From positions 71,615 through 135,614 of the forward strand of contig JBAZJQ010000002.1 in assembly GCA_041651235.1 (NCBI GenBank): a DNA stretch of 64,000 bases. The letters run 5' to 3'. Source of the stretch: Candidatus Pacearchaeota archaeon (GTDB lineage Archaea > Nanobdellota > Nanobdellia > Pacearchaeales > GW2011-AR1). The position numbers and the translations under genes are program-made. The notes beneath the pieces were generated by a model that saw only the letters and a list, made by a program, of their open reading frames with translations, was not told where the DNA came from and ran no database searches. Shown piece after piece: positions 56,013 through 64,000 of the stretch; within the stretch, counting starts at the first letter, position 1, and each line of letters starts with the position of its first letter.

Positions 56013-57692
56013 TTACATTTCATCCATGACTTCTATGCCTAAAAGATATAAAGAATTCTTTAAAGTTGTTCTAAATGCTTCAATTAATCTTAATCTAAAT
56101 GCTTCTTCTTTAGAACCAAGAACTCTGCAAGTTGTGTAAAATTCAGAAAATGTTTTTGCAAGTTCAAATGAATAGTTTGCAATTAAACTGGGATTTAGTG
56201 CTTTTTCTGCATGAACAATAACTTCTGGAAATTCTGCTAGTTTTTTAATTAACTTTATTTCTGAATCTGCTAAATCAGAAATTTTTGTGTTTTTCTTATT
56301 AAAATTTTTTGCTTTTTTCAGAATTGATGATGCTCTTGCATAAGAATACTGCAGATAAGGTGCTGTGTTTCCTTCAAAGTTTAATAAATCCCAAGAAAAA
56401 CTTACATCTTCTGCTGGTTTGTTCTTAAGAATGACATATTTAACTGCCCCTACTCCCACAATTTCCGGGTCTCCTTTTGTTTTTCTTTTTTTAATTTCTT
56501 TTTCTGCTTTTTCAATTGTTTTCCTTAAAACATCTTCTAACAAGATGATTTCTCCTTTTCTTGTTGCAATTATTTCATTCCCAAATTTAACTGTCCCAAA
56601 TGAAAGATGATTTAGTTTATCTGTAAAATCGCAGCCAAATAAATTTAAAATATTAAATAGCTGTTTGAAATGGTCAATTTGTCTGAAATCCGTAACATAA
56701 ATCATTTTATCAAATTTATATTTTTTGTATCTCTCAACTGCTGCACCAATATCATAAGTTATATAGGAAGCTGTTTTGTTTGATCTAAGTATAAATTTTT
56801 TCTTATCTCCTTCTCCCACATAAACTGCTCCATCTTCATCGGATTTTGCAAGATTTTTTTCAATTGCATTTAAAATAATTTCTTTTCCTCTTTTTCCAAA
56901 AAAACTTTGTCCTGTTGTTTCTGTAAATTTTATTTTTAACATACCATAAACTTTGTTAAATCCTTTACCAGAATGCTTTTGAATTTCCTGCCAGATTTTA
57001 TGAGTTTTTTTATCTCCTAACTCTAATAATTTTAATTTTTCTTTTGCTTTATTTGTCCATTCGTTATTTGTAAATTCCTCATCAACTCCTTCTTGGATTT
57101 CTGATTTTTCTTTTCCGCAGAATTTAACATACAATCTTAATAATTCATTTACAGGATCTTTTTTTAGAGCCTCTTCATTAAGCCATAATTCATAGGCAAC
57201 AATCAATTTTCCTATATGCAATCCAATATCCCCCAGATAATTTATTCCAATAGAATTATATCCTAAAAAATTATAGATCCTCATTAGAGAGTCCCCAATA
57301 ATTGTTGAACGAATATGCCCTATATGCATTGGCTTTCCTATATTTGGGCCTGAAAAATCAACTACTATTTTTCTTTTTTTTCCTATATTTGATCTTCCAT
57401 AGTTTGAATTTATTTTAATTATCTGCTGTGCAAATTTATTTTTATCAATAAAGAAATTAACATAAGGGCCCATTGGAATAATTTTTGCTATGTCCTCTGA
57501 TGGCTTTAAATTTCTAGCTAGATGTTCTGCTATTTGAACTGGATTTTTCTTTTCTTTTTTAGAAAGAACAAAACAAGGAAAAGCATAATCTCCATAACCA
57601 ATATTAGATGGAGTTTCAATTAATCTTTCTATTTCCTCTTTTTTCAAGTTAGTCTCTTTAGCAAGAGAATTAATTATATCCTGTTTAAACAT
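56013..57692 (-). CDS. argS: arginyl-tRNA synthetase
   Basis: SGPNIGKPMHIGHIRSTIIGD (HIGH region), a DALR-type anticodon-binding C-terminus and the typical terminal Met. Confidence 0.85.
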   Translation of the reverse strand: MFKQDIINSLAKETNLKKEEIERLIETPSNIGYGDYAFPCFVLSKKEKKNPVQIAEHLARNLKPSEDIAKIIPMGPYVNFFIDKNKFAQQIIKINSNYGRSNIGKKRKIVVDFSGPNIGKPMHIGHIRSTIIGDSLMRIYNFLGYNSIGINYLGDIGLHIGKLIVAYELWLNEEALKKDPVNELLRLYVKFCGKEKSEIQEGVDEEFTNNEWTNKAKEKLKLLELGDKKTHKIWQEIQKHSGKGFNKVYGMLKIKFTETTGQSFFGKRGKEIILNAIEKNLAKSDEDGAVYVGEGDKKKFILRSNKTASYITYDIGAAVERYKKYKFDKMIYVTDFRQIDHFKQLFNILNLFGCDFTDKLNHLSFGTVKFGNEIIATRKGEIILLEDVLRKTIEKAEKEIKKRKTKGDPEIVGVGAVKYVILKNKPAEDVSFSWDLLNFEGNTAPYLQYSYARASSILKKAKNFNKKNTKISDLADSEIKLIKKLAEFPEVIVHAEKALNPSLIANYSFELAKTFSEFYTTCRVLGSKEEAFRLRLIEAFRTTLKNSLYLLGIEVMDEM

Positions 57693-57742
57693 AATATAAT
57701 TAAGATAAGATTATTTTTAAAGCTTGGTTTTATATTAAATTC

Positions 57743-58111
57743 ATGACTGATATTTTTGATTATCATGTTTTGCCTGAAACTCCTGTTTTAGAGGAATTAG
57801 CAGAGCAATTAGAAGACACTCTAAGAGTTATTGCTTATGCAGATTATCATACGAATACTGAATATATTAAAGACAGACAAGGATATTTTAGAAAAATAAC
57901 TAAAAATGGAAAATTATTCCATGAATGTGTTTCAGATCAGGCATTATTGGTGGATTCTGCTTATTGGAGATTTATGAGCTTATTAGATTATAAAGACCCA
58001 GAATTTAGAAGAGAAACAGCTGAAAATATAATATTTGATGATTTAACAAGACCAGATTCGGATTTTGAAGATGAATTTAAAGAATATAGAGAAATGATGA
58101 TAGAAGATTGA
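57743..58111 (+). CDS. hypothetical acidic protein
   Basis: 122 aa ORF. Confidence 0.4.
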   Translation: MTDIFDYHVLPETPVLEELAEQLEDTLRVIAYADYHTNTEYIKDRQGYFRKITKNGKLFHECVSDQALLVDSAYWRFMSLLDYKDPEFRRETAENIIFDDLTRPDSDFEDEFKEYREMMIED

Positions 58112-58327
58112 TTGGATATGTTTATAAAATTTAATAACCTCAATTTATTGTGCAAAATGGCAAAGAGGTGTGCGATTTGTAATGAAAAAATTAGCGAGAA
58201 TTTTGGTAAATTAGAAGGCACTTTAATAAAGATTCTTGAAAATTCAGTTAATCAGTTTCTTTATGTTTGCAATGATTGCCAGAAAAATCCCGATTGGAGA
58301 GAAAAAGCTATAATAAAGGGGGCATAG
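58112..58327 (+). CDS. small zinc-ribbon-like protein
   Basis: CAICNEK ... CNDCQK (two CxxC pairs). Confidence 0.4.
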   Translation: MDMFIKFNNLNLLCKMAKRCAICNEKISENFGKLEGTLIKILENSVNQFLYVCNDCQKNPDWREKAIIKGA

Positions 58328-58417
58328 TTAGTTTTTTAAATTGATAATTCTTGCTTTTTGTGTTCATAAGCTCACTCGCAAATAATGATGCGAAAGATAG
58401 ACTTGTGGACTTATGAA

Positions 58418-58501
58418 GCGGGGGTAGCAAAGCGGTCAAATGCGCAGGACTTAAGATCCTGTGGCTTAGTGCCTTCGTAAGTTCGAATCTTACCCCCCGC
58501 A
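58418..58501 (+). tRNA. tRNA-Leu (anticodon UAA)
   Basis: Acceptor GCGGGGG/CCCCCGC, anticodon stem CAGGA/TCCTG with loop CTTAAGA, long variable arm, T arm GTAAG-TTCGAAT-CTTAC, discriminator A. Confidence 0.9.
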
Positions 58502-58565
58502 TTCAAATTTAAATAAATTAAAATATACTTATTTGAATACGTGGGCCCCCCACATTAAGTAAGAT

Positions 58566-58859
58566 TTGAAAAGAGTTCTGATAATCAAAATGACAATAGA
58601 ACAAACACTGGGACCTAGGGAGAATAAAGAAGAATTAGATGTAAAGCATGCTTTATCCGGGGATTATGTTAATATTAATGGGAAATGGATGGAAATTGTA
58701 GAAATAAGAGAGATTCATTTCTTTTATGCAAAATATGAAATTGATACAAAACCAAACAAAAGATTTTATGAATTCTGGAAACCAGGAGTTGAAAAACATG
58801 TTTGCTTTGAAGTGAGGGATTTTATGAAGAGAGCAGATTATCAAAAAGCACTTAAATAA
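58566..58859 (+). CDS. hypothetical protein
   Basis: 97 aa ORF (track start is non-ATG). Confidence 0.35.
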   Translation: MKRVLIIKMTIEQTLGPRENKEELDVKHALSGDYVNINGKWMEIVEIREIHFFYAKYEIDTKPNKRFYEFWKPGVEKHVCFEVRDFMKRADYQKALK

Positions 58860-59314
58860 TTAAGAATTATTGCGAAGCTTACCCAAAGCAAATAAGGAAT
58901 TAAAAGATAAGCGGATTTTCTGTTTATTTTATAAGTTGTGTAAATCATTAAGATTATTGATAACCAAAGGAAAATTATTTCATAAAATGCAAATAAGGGA
59001 TTTCTTAAACCAAAATATAAGACACTCCATAAAACATTTAATATAAAATTAAATCCAAAAACTATTATTATTCTGTTTTTAGTTTTGTAATCTTTAGCAG
59101 TTATCCAAGCGAAATATAAAGAGATAGCTATTAAGAAAAATAATATGTTCCAGACAACTGGAAAAACCCAGTTTGGAGGAGTAATACTTGGTCTAATTGA
59201 TTGATACCAATCTCCATCTGTTTCTGATGATGTAAAAATACTTCCTATAAATGCGATTAAATAAACAACCAATAAACTAACTGCAAATGCTTTCCAGTTT
59301 GTTTTGTGTTTCAT
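58841..59314 (-). CDS. tspO: TspO/MBR-family tryptophan-rich membrane protein
   Basis: WYQSIRPSITPPNWVFPVVWNILFFLIAISLY and five TM helices. Confidence 0.75.
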   Translation of the reverse strand: MKHKTNWKAFAVSLLVVYLIAFIGSIFTSSETDGDWYQSIRPSITPPNWVFPVVWNILFFLIAISLYFAWITAKDYKTKNRIIIVFGFNFILNVLWSVLYFGLRNPLFAFYEIIFLWLSIILMIYTTYKINRKSAYLLIPYLLWVSFAIILNYLSAF

Positions 59315-59401
59315 TTTCCTCTTTTTAATATTTAAATTAGAGAATTAGATTATATAAACTTTTTTGAAAAAGAAAAAAATTTGAAAAAGAAAAAAGAAAA
59401 A

Positions 59402-59785
59402 TTATATAAACAAAGCATAGAATACCCAGAGTACTAATACAATCCAGATTAATATGTAAAACCAGGCTTTTTTAAGCATTGCTTTGTTTTTCAGCATTTT
59501 AGTTGCTAAATCCAAAACTTCTTTTTGATAAAAAGAAAAACCTACTGCCATTAAGAATACTACAAATAACATTACTGCAAAAATATTTATGATAGTCATT
59601 GTTTGTAATAGGTAGTAAAGAGTTATTCCTGCTAAGATTAATGAAATTAATCCTGTTAACATTGGTTTCGACCAAATAGGTTTAACAATATCATCATACC
59701 AAGCTTTAGGTTTGATTAAAATTACAATAAGCTTTAATGAGCTAACAATAGCTAAAATCAAAGCCATAATTTCTATTGGTGTCAT
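59402..59785 (-). CDS. membrane protein, hypothetical
   Basis: 127 aa with four hydrophobic helices. Confidence 0.4.
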   Translation of the reverse strand: MTPIEIMALILAIVSSLKLIVILIKPKAWYDDIVKPIWSKPMLTGLISLILAGITLYYLLQTMTIINIFAVMLFVVFLMAVGFSFYQKEVLDLATKMLKNKAMLKKAWFYILIWIVLVLWVFYALFI

Positions 59786-60051
59786 CTTTTTTTAATTTCA
59801 CCCCCTTTCACTTTTTTTATAATCAAACCAATAACTGCTCCTATAATAAATCCGATAATTAATGAAAAAATAAAAATAAAAAATGTAGATTGAAATGGGG
59901 ATATCAAGATAAGAGGGAGAGATAAAAGAAGTAAGATGCTAGAAAAGTAAATTCCTATAATTGTAATTAGCAAATAAATTCCTGCTCCAATTAATCCTGC
60001 TTTTAACCAAATCTTCATTTTATTCCAACGGGATATCCGAATACAAGGCAT
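59782..60051 (-). CDS. small membrane protein
   Basis: 89 aa with hydrophobic helices. Overlaps its neighbours. Confidence 0.35.
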   Translation of the reverse strand: MPCIRISRWNKMKIWLKAGLIGAGIYLLITIIGIYFSSILLLLSLPLILISPFQSTFFIFIFSLIIGFIIGAVIGLIIKKVKGGEIKKR

Positions 60052-60301
60052 CAGTATAACTCACATAATATAAAGAATATATTATCAAGAAGACTGAAAG
60101 AATTAATCCGGTTATGCTTATGATTAAAGCGGCTGTTGAAAATTTATCTCTTGATTTTTTTCTTGCGATAAAAGAAAAAACAATCCCTAATATGAAAAAT
60201 ATAGGAGATAATAAAGTTGAAGAAAAAATTATACTAGCTAATCCTGCAATTGCAAATACAAATGCTGTTAATGATAATCCAGATATTTCTGCCATGTTCA
60301 C
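60020..60301 (-). CDS. small membrane protein
   Basis: 93 aa with three hydrophobic helices. Confidence 0.35.
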   Translation of the reverse strand: MNMAEISGLSLTAFVFAIAGLASIIFSSTLLSPIFFILGIVFSFIARKKSRDKFSTAALIISITGLILSVFLIIYSLYYVSYTDALYSDIPLE

Positions 60302-60393
60302 TTCTTTTTTATATTTAATCTAGAAATAATGAGTTTTTATATGTTTGGGGTATTAAATAGATTTTTAAATAGAATTTTATTATTTAATAACTC

Positions 60394-60591
60394 ATGAAAA
60401 AAGAATTATCTGACAAAACTGGACCTGAAATGGACCCTCATATTCCTAAGCAGACTAAATATGAAAAATTCAAACATATATTATCAGAACCTACAGGCAT
60501 ACTTCTTACAGGCATAGCGATAATAACAATACCTACTGCAATTTATTATGGTTATTCTTATATAAAAGATTATTTAGAGACATTAAAATAA
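60394..60591 (+). CDS. small membrane protein
   Basis: 65 aa with one TM helix. Confidence 0.3.
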   Translation: MKKELSDKTGPEMDPHIPKQTKYEKFKHILSEPTGILLTGIAIITIPTAIYYGYSYIKDYLETLK

Positions 60592-60795
60592 TTTAAAAAA
60601 TTGTTCATTAGTTTGTAGTAATGACAAAAAGGGGGTTTGAGAAAATATATGTTTAATTGTAAGAGTGTTTATATATAAAATTTAATGATTGTAACTTATG
60701 AGTGAATTAAAAAAAGGCGTTTGGGTTGTGAAAAGAGAAAACAAAAAAGAAAATTTTGAAATTAATTCTCAAATCAATGAAAGGAGGTTATTAAA

Positions 60796-61860
60796 ATGAA
60801 CAAAATATATAGTTTATTAACAATGGCTTTGTTAGTAATGTCAATTGCGCCAGTTTTAGCTGTTAGCACAGGCGGAGATTTAACTCCAGACATTAATACA
60901 GAAGACTTTGCTCCAATGGTTTGGGCATGTGACCACAGATGTGTGGTTGATGATGCAACTGAACCTGGAAGAGTTTCAGATGATGGACAATTCTTAGTAG
61001 AAAGATTAGGAAACTATGCTTTTGAAGGAGAACAAATCAAATGGACTGTTCTTGTAATGGACAAAAACGGTGCTGAAAAGATCAAAGATGTTTTCGCAAC
61101 TGTTGGAGACGTTCAAGGAAGCAACCCTGAAGGTATTGAAGTTAACTGTCAAAGAAGCACTAGAACTGGAATAATGGATTCATGTAATGCTAGAATTGAT
61201 GAAGAAAAAATTACACAATTTGATTCTAACACAATGGCTTACTATGAATGTACTTTAACTGTTGAAACACCAGAAAGCATGTACGGTGAATTCTGGACAA
61301 CTGTAGAAGCTGTAGATATGGATGAATTATCTGGAACAATGGATGAAAATGAATATTGGTTCCTTAACCCTATTATTGCTTTAAACATAGATGGGGAACT
61401 AGCATTTGAAAATGTTAGACCTGGAACAAGTTCTTATTCAGACACTATATTAGTTGGCAATGATGCTGACTCTTCAAGTGGAGTTATTTTAGATATGTTT
61501 ATCTCAGGTACAGACTTTTATGACTCATCAAGTTCAGGTGCAATGTGTCCTACAACTAATCAATTAAGTTTGGATGCATTCAGATACTTTGCTACACAAG
61601 GTGCTTATAGCACAAGAATGGACGGAAGAAGCGATGCTGAAGGATATGTTCCTATAGAATATGGTGTTGGATTCAATGATCCTAATCCTTTCTATAACAA
61701 CAATGAAATCATGCAAGTTGCTAAATCTGGACCATACTATATGGCAAACACAATATCTCCTGGAGCTGAAATGGCATTAACATTCAGACTTAACTTACCA
61801 GAGCCATGTAATGGAGACTTCGACACAGGAAAAATTAGTTTCTGGGGAGAAGCAATTTAA
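60796..61860 (+). CDS. secreted cell-surface protein (possible envelope/S-layer-associated)
   Basis: Signal-like MNKIYSLLTMALLVMSIAPVLA, strong RBS aggaggt, codon usage that looks highly expressed, and oligo-T tracts after the stop. Confidence 0.55.
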   Translation: MNKIYSLLTMALLVMSIAPVLAVSTGGDLTPDINTEDFAPMVWACDHRCVVDDATEPGRVSDDGQFLVERLGNYAFEGEQIKWTVLVMDKNGAEKIKDVFATVGDVQGSNPEGIEVNCQRSTRTGIMDSCNARIDEEKITQFDSNTMAYYECTLTVETPESMYGEFWTTVEAVDMDELSGTMDENEYWFLNPIIALNIDGELAFENVRPGTSSYSDTILVGNDADSSSGVILDMFISGTDFYDSSSSGAMCPTTNQLSLDAFRYFATQGAYSTRMDGRSDAEGYVPIEYGVGFNDPNPFYNNNEIMQVAKSGPYYMANTISPGAEMALTFRLNLPEPCNGDFDTGKISFWGEAI

Positions 61861-61870
61861 TTAAATTAAA

Positions 61871-61900
61871 TTTTTTATTTTTTTTTAATTTAATTTTTTT
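61871..61900 (+). terminator. oligo-T tracts after the surface protein gene
   Basis: ttttttatttttttttaatttaattttttt. Confidence 0.4.
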
Positions 61901-62083
61901 ATATAAAGAAAAAGCAGGTTTGTTATCTAAAGATAACAAAATAACACGGAAATAGCATTTGGTGATGTGATTGATAATCAATAGCTTGTTAAGACAAACA
62001 ACAAGGATGCTGATATTAAGTTTATATCAACAGATGCTGAGTTGTTTAAAATTATATATTATTAAAATAAGAGGAAATAAAAG

Positions 62084-63208
62084 ATGGTAAATAAAATAAC
62101 AATTAGTTTAATGATTTCACTAATCTTAATTATATCTATATCCTTAGTTAGTGCTGAATTTTGGGCGTGTTTTGATAAAGGAGATAAAATTGATTATTGC
62201 AATCCTGCAATCAAAGACCCCACATGCAGCTCTAGTGGAGGATGTGAACGTTGCATGTCAGTTTATAATAATACTAAAAATTGCTATAATCAGGGAAACT
62301 GGAATGTTTGCAATACTATTGGCGATATATGTGATAAATTTGGAAATGGAACTATTGATCAGTCTCCTCCTGAATTTACATTAAAAAGTCCAATTAATAA
62401 AAAAGTTTATGATTCTAGAGCTATTTTAGTTGAATTTAGTTTAGATGAAAAATCAAGTGTTTATTATATAGATAATATTTATGGAAAAAAAGGAGTAAGA
62501 TTATGTAATAATTGTTACGATTATAGCAGGAAAGTTTCATTTAAAGAGGGATTTAATAATATAACTTTTAAGGCAATGGATGTTTTAGGAAATTATGTTG
62601 ATATTGAGAGAACTTTTATTATTGATAGTAAAGTTCCAAGAATACATAAAACAGAGCCTAGAAGCGGTTATGCTTCTGGGGATTTCTATGTTCAATATTC
62701 AGAAGATAATGTGAAGGGTATTACAATTTATTATGGAAATCTTGAAACCGGGTTTAAGCAAAAAGAATTGAAAAATTGTTCTTCTGGAAATAAGCAGTGG
62801 TGTTTTGTTAGTGTTGATTTGAAGAGCTATAATAATCAAAAAATAGAATATTACTTCATTGTTAAAGATGTTGCTAACAATGAGAAAAAATCTCAGATTA
62901 AGAAATTAAATGTTGATGTTGTTTATCCTGTGTTGAATAATCCCAAGAGCTTCTGGAAGCAAGGAACAGGAAAAGATTCAAAATATATTTATTTTAGTTT
63001 GAATATAACTGAAGATAATTTAGATAAAGTATCTTACACTTATGAATACAGAGGAATGGAAAAAGAGAAAACTCTTTGCAGCGGATCTCAGCAAATACTT
63101 TGCACTAAAAAAGTAATGTTCACACCAGGAAATTACAGTTTAAATGTTCAGATAATTGATGAAGCTGGAAATGCAATATCTTACCCTGTTAAATTTAATG
63201 TTAAATAA
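62084..63208 (+). CDS. secreted protein with a Cys-rich N-terminal module and Ig-like-looking repeats
   Basis: Signal/anchor ISLMISLILIISISLVSA, then a Cys-rich stretch (CFDKGDKIDYCNPAIKDPTCSSSGGCERC...). Confidence 0.5.
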   Translation: MVNKITISLMISLILIISISLVSAEFWACFDKGDKIDYCNPAIKDPTCSSSGGCERCMSVYNNTKNCYNQGNWNVCNTIGDICDKFGNGTIDQSPPEFTLKSPINKKVYDSRAILVEFSLDEKSSVYYIDNIYGKKGVRLCNNCYDYSRKVSFKEGFNNITFKAMDVLGNYVDIERTFIIDSKVPRIHKTEPRSGYASGDFYVQYSEDNVKGITIYYGNLETGFKQKELKNCSSGNKQWCFVSVDLKSYNNQKIEYYFIVKDVANNEKKSQIKKLNVDVVYPVLNNPKSFWKQGTGKDSKYIYFSLNITEDNLDKVSYTYEYRGMEKEKTLCSGSQQILCTKKVMFTPGNYSLNVQIIDEAGNAISYPVKFNVK

Positions 63209-63307
63209 AAATGGCTAATATCTATATCTTATTAAGACATAAGATGTGTAGATGATGAAGATTAAGATATTGAGAATATTTAAATAATAAAAATAAGGAT
63301 TAATAAA

Positions 63308-63562
63308 ATGGCAGAAGAAATACCAATAAGCGATGAATTGAGAAAATATGGTGCTTTAGTAAAATTAGTTCAAATTTATGAAAACGATATAGCTTCAACT
63401 CCTCATTCTGTTTATAGTGCTGCAGGAATGTATATAGAGATAACACAAATATTATCTGACTTTCAAATTAAAAATAGAACAAAACTACAATATGAGGGTT
63501 TAACACAAATGTTATTTGATAGATTAGATACAGCTTTAGTAGATTTTATGAAGAAAAAATGA
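63308..63562 (+). CDS. hypothetical protein
   Basis: 84 aa ORF. Confidence 0.35.
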   Translation: MAEEIPISDELRKYGALVKLVQIYENDIASTPHSVYSAAGMYIEITQILSDFQIKNRTKLQYEGLTQMLFDRLDTALVDFMKKK

Positions 63563-63852
63563 AAATATTAATGAAGAGAAAAGCAGGGAAGCAGAGAGCA
63601 GAAGGGAAATTTAAGATAGATGATGTTATAATTAAAGAAGATATAATTGATTTAGATAAAACAAGAATAGCTGTTGAAATATCAAGTGATAAATCAATAG
63701 GAAATGTTGAATTCTCAAGACAGGAAATTGAAAGATTAGTTAAAAGCATTGAAGGGAAAATTGCAAAGCCCAAAATAGAAGCTGTTGAAGAAGAATCAGA
63801 GGAAATAGATAAGAAAAAATATAAGCCCCTAAGGCCTAAAAAGAAATTCTGA
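63559..63852 (+). CDS. hypothetical Lys/Glu-rich protein
   Basis: 97 aa. Overlaps the preceding stop (ATGA). Confidence 0.35.
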   Translation: MKILMKRKAGKQRAEGKFKIDDVIIKEDIIDLDKTRIAVEISSDKSIGNVEFSRQEIERLVKSIEGKIAKPKIEAVEEESEEIDKKKYKPLRPKKKF

Positions 63853-63927
63853 AATAGAGGGTTTATTAAGACAAAATTAATCATCCATCAGAGTAAGATT
63901 TATTAATCTTAATTTTTCTATTAAAAT

Positions 63928-64000
63928 ATGAAAGCAAAACACATTAAATCCGAAGATATTCAAGAAAATGATCTTGGAGCAATCAAAGTACAGAATCTTC
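63928..64000 (+). CDS. partial ORF running off the window
   Basis: ATG at 63928, open to the window end (MKAKHIKSEDIQENDLGAIKVQNL...). Confidence 0.25.
   Translation, partial: MKAKHIKSEDIQENDLGAIKVQNL

Noticed and set aside
58308-58502. Minus-strand 64-aa ORF
   Set aside because: It is entirely antisense to, and explained by, tRNA-Leu(UAA) at 58418-58501.

Overview
This window is AT-rich (roughly 30% GC by eye) and gene-dense. Its gene content is archaeal and looks like a small-genome, DPANN-type archaeon, though that lineage call is an inference. Supporting genes:
- class III signal-peptide (type IV pilin-like) proteins, a FlaI/TadA-type ATPase and TadB/TadC-like membrane proteins
- archaeal DtdA, pyruvoyl arginine decarboxylase and diphthine synthase
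- TrmB, Lrp/AsnC and HTH_10 regulators
- IleRS, ArgRS, a MiaB-like methylthiotransferase and a 2-oxoacid:ferredoxin oxidoreductase
- tRNA-Ser(GCU) and tRNA-Leu(UAA)

The standout is a ~9 kb minus-strand locus (26072-35028) built around a diversity-generating retroelement (DGR).
- A DGR-type reverse transcriptase has an 85-bp template repeat (TR, 27125-27209) 24 nt upstream of its ATG.
- Five tandem paralogous target genes each end in an 85-bp variable repeat (VR).
- The VRs differ from the TR almost only at TR adenines: 71 of 78 mismatches in my hand alignment.
- Each VR is followed by a GC-rich hairpin whose stem sequence covaries between copies.
- The targets are interleaved with a MoxR-like AAA+ ATPase and an HExxH + vWA (MIDAS) protein. 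An unannotated ribbon-helix-helix gene leads the locus.
- No Avd-sized ORF is present.
- Two targets have gene bodies that look identical for ~520 bp yet differ at 12 of 85 VR positions, which argues for recent or ongoing diversification.

DGRs are already known in DPANN archaea. The multi-target, ATPase/vWA-embedded, apparently cytoplasmic arrangement is the part worth following up.

Secondary observations:
- a radical SAM/SPASM enzyme with a candidate precursor peptide, bracketed by a tRNA-Ser 5'-half-like duplicate
- a 131-bp tandem duplication of the ileS start, containing a hairpin element that recurs near 37.1 kb
- an oxidoreductase operon interrupted by two unrelated genes
- a pilus locus with a large vWA pilin-like protein
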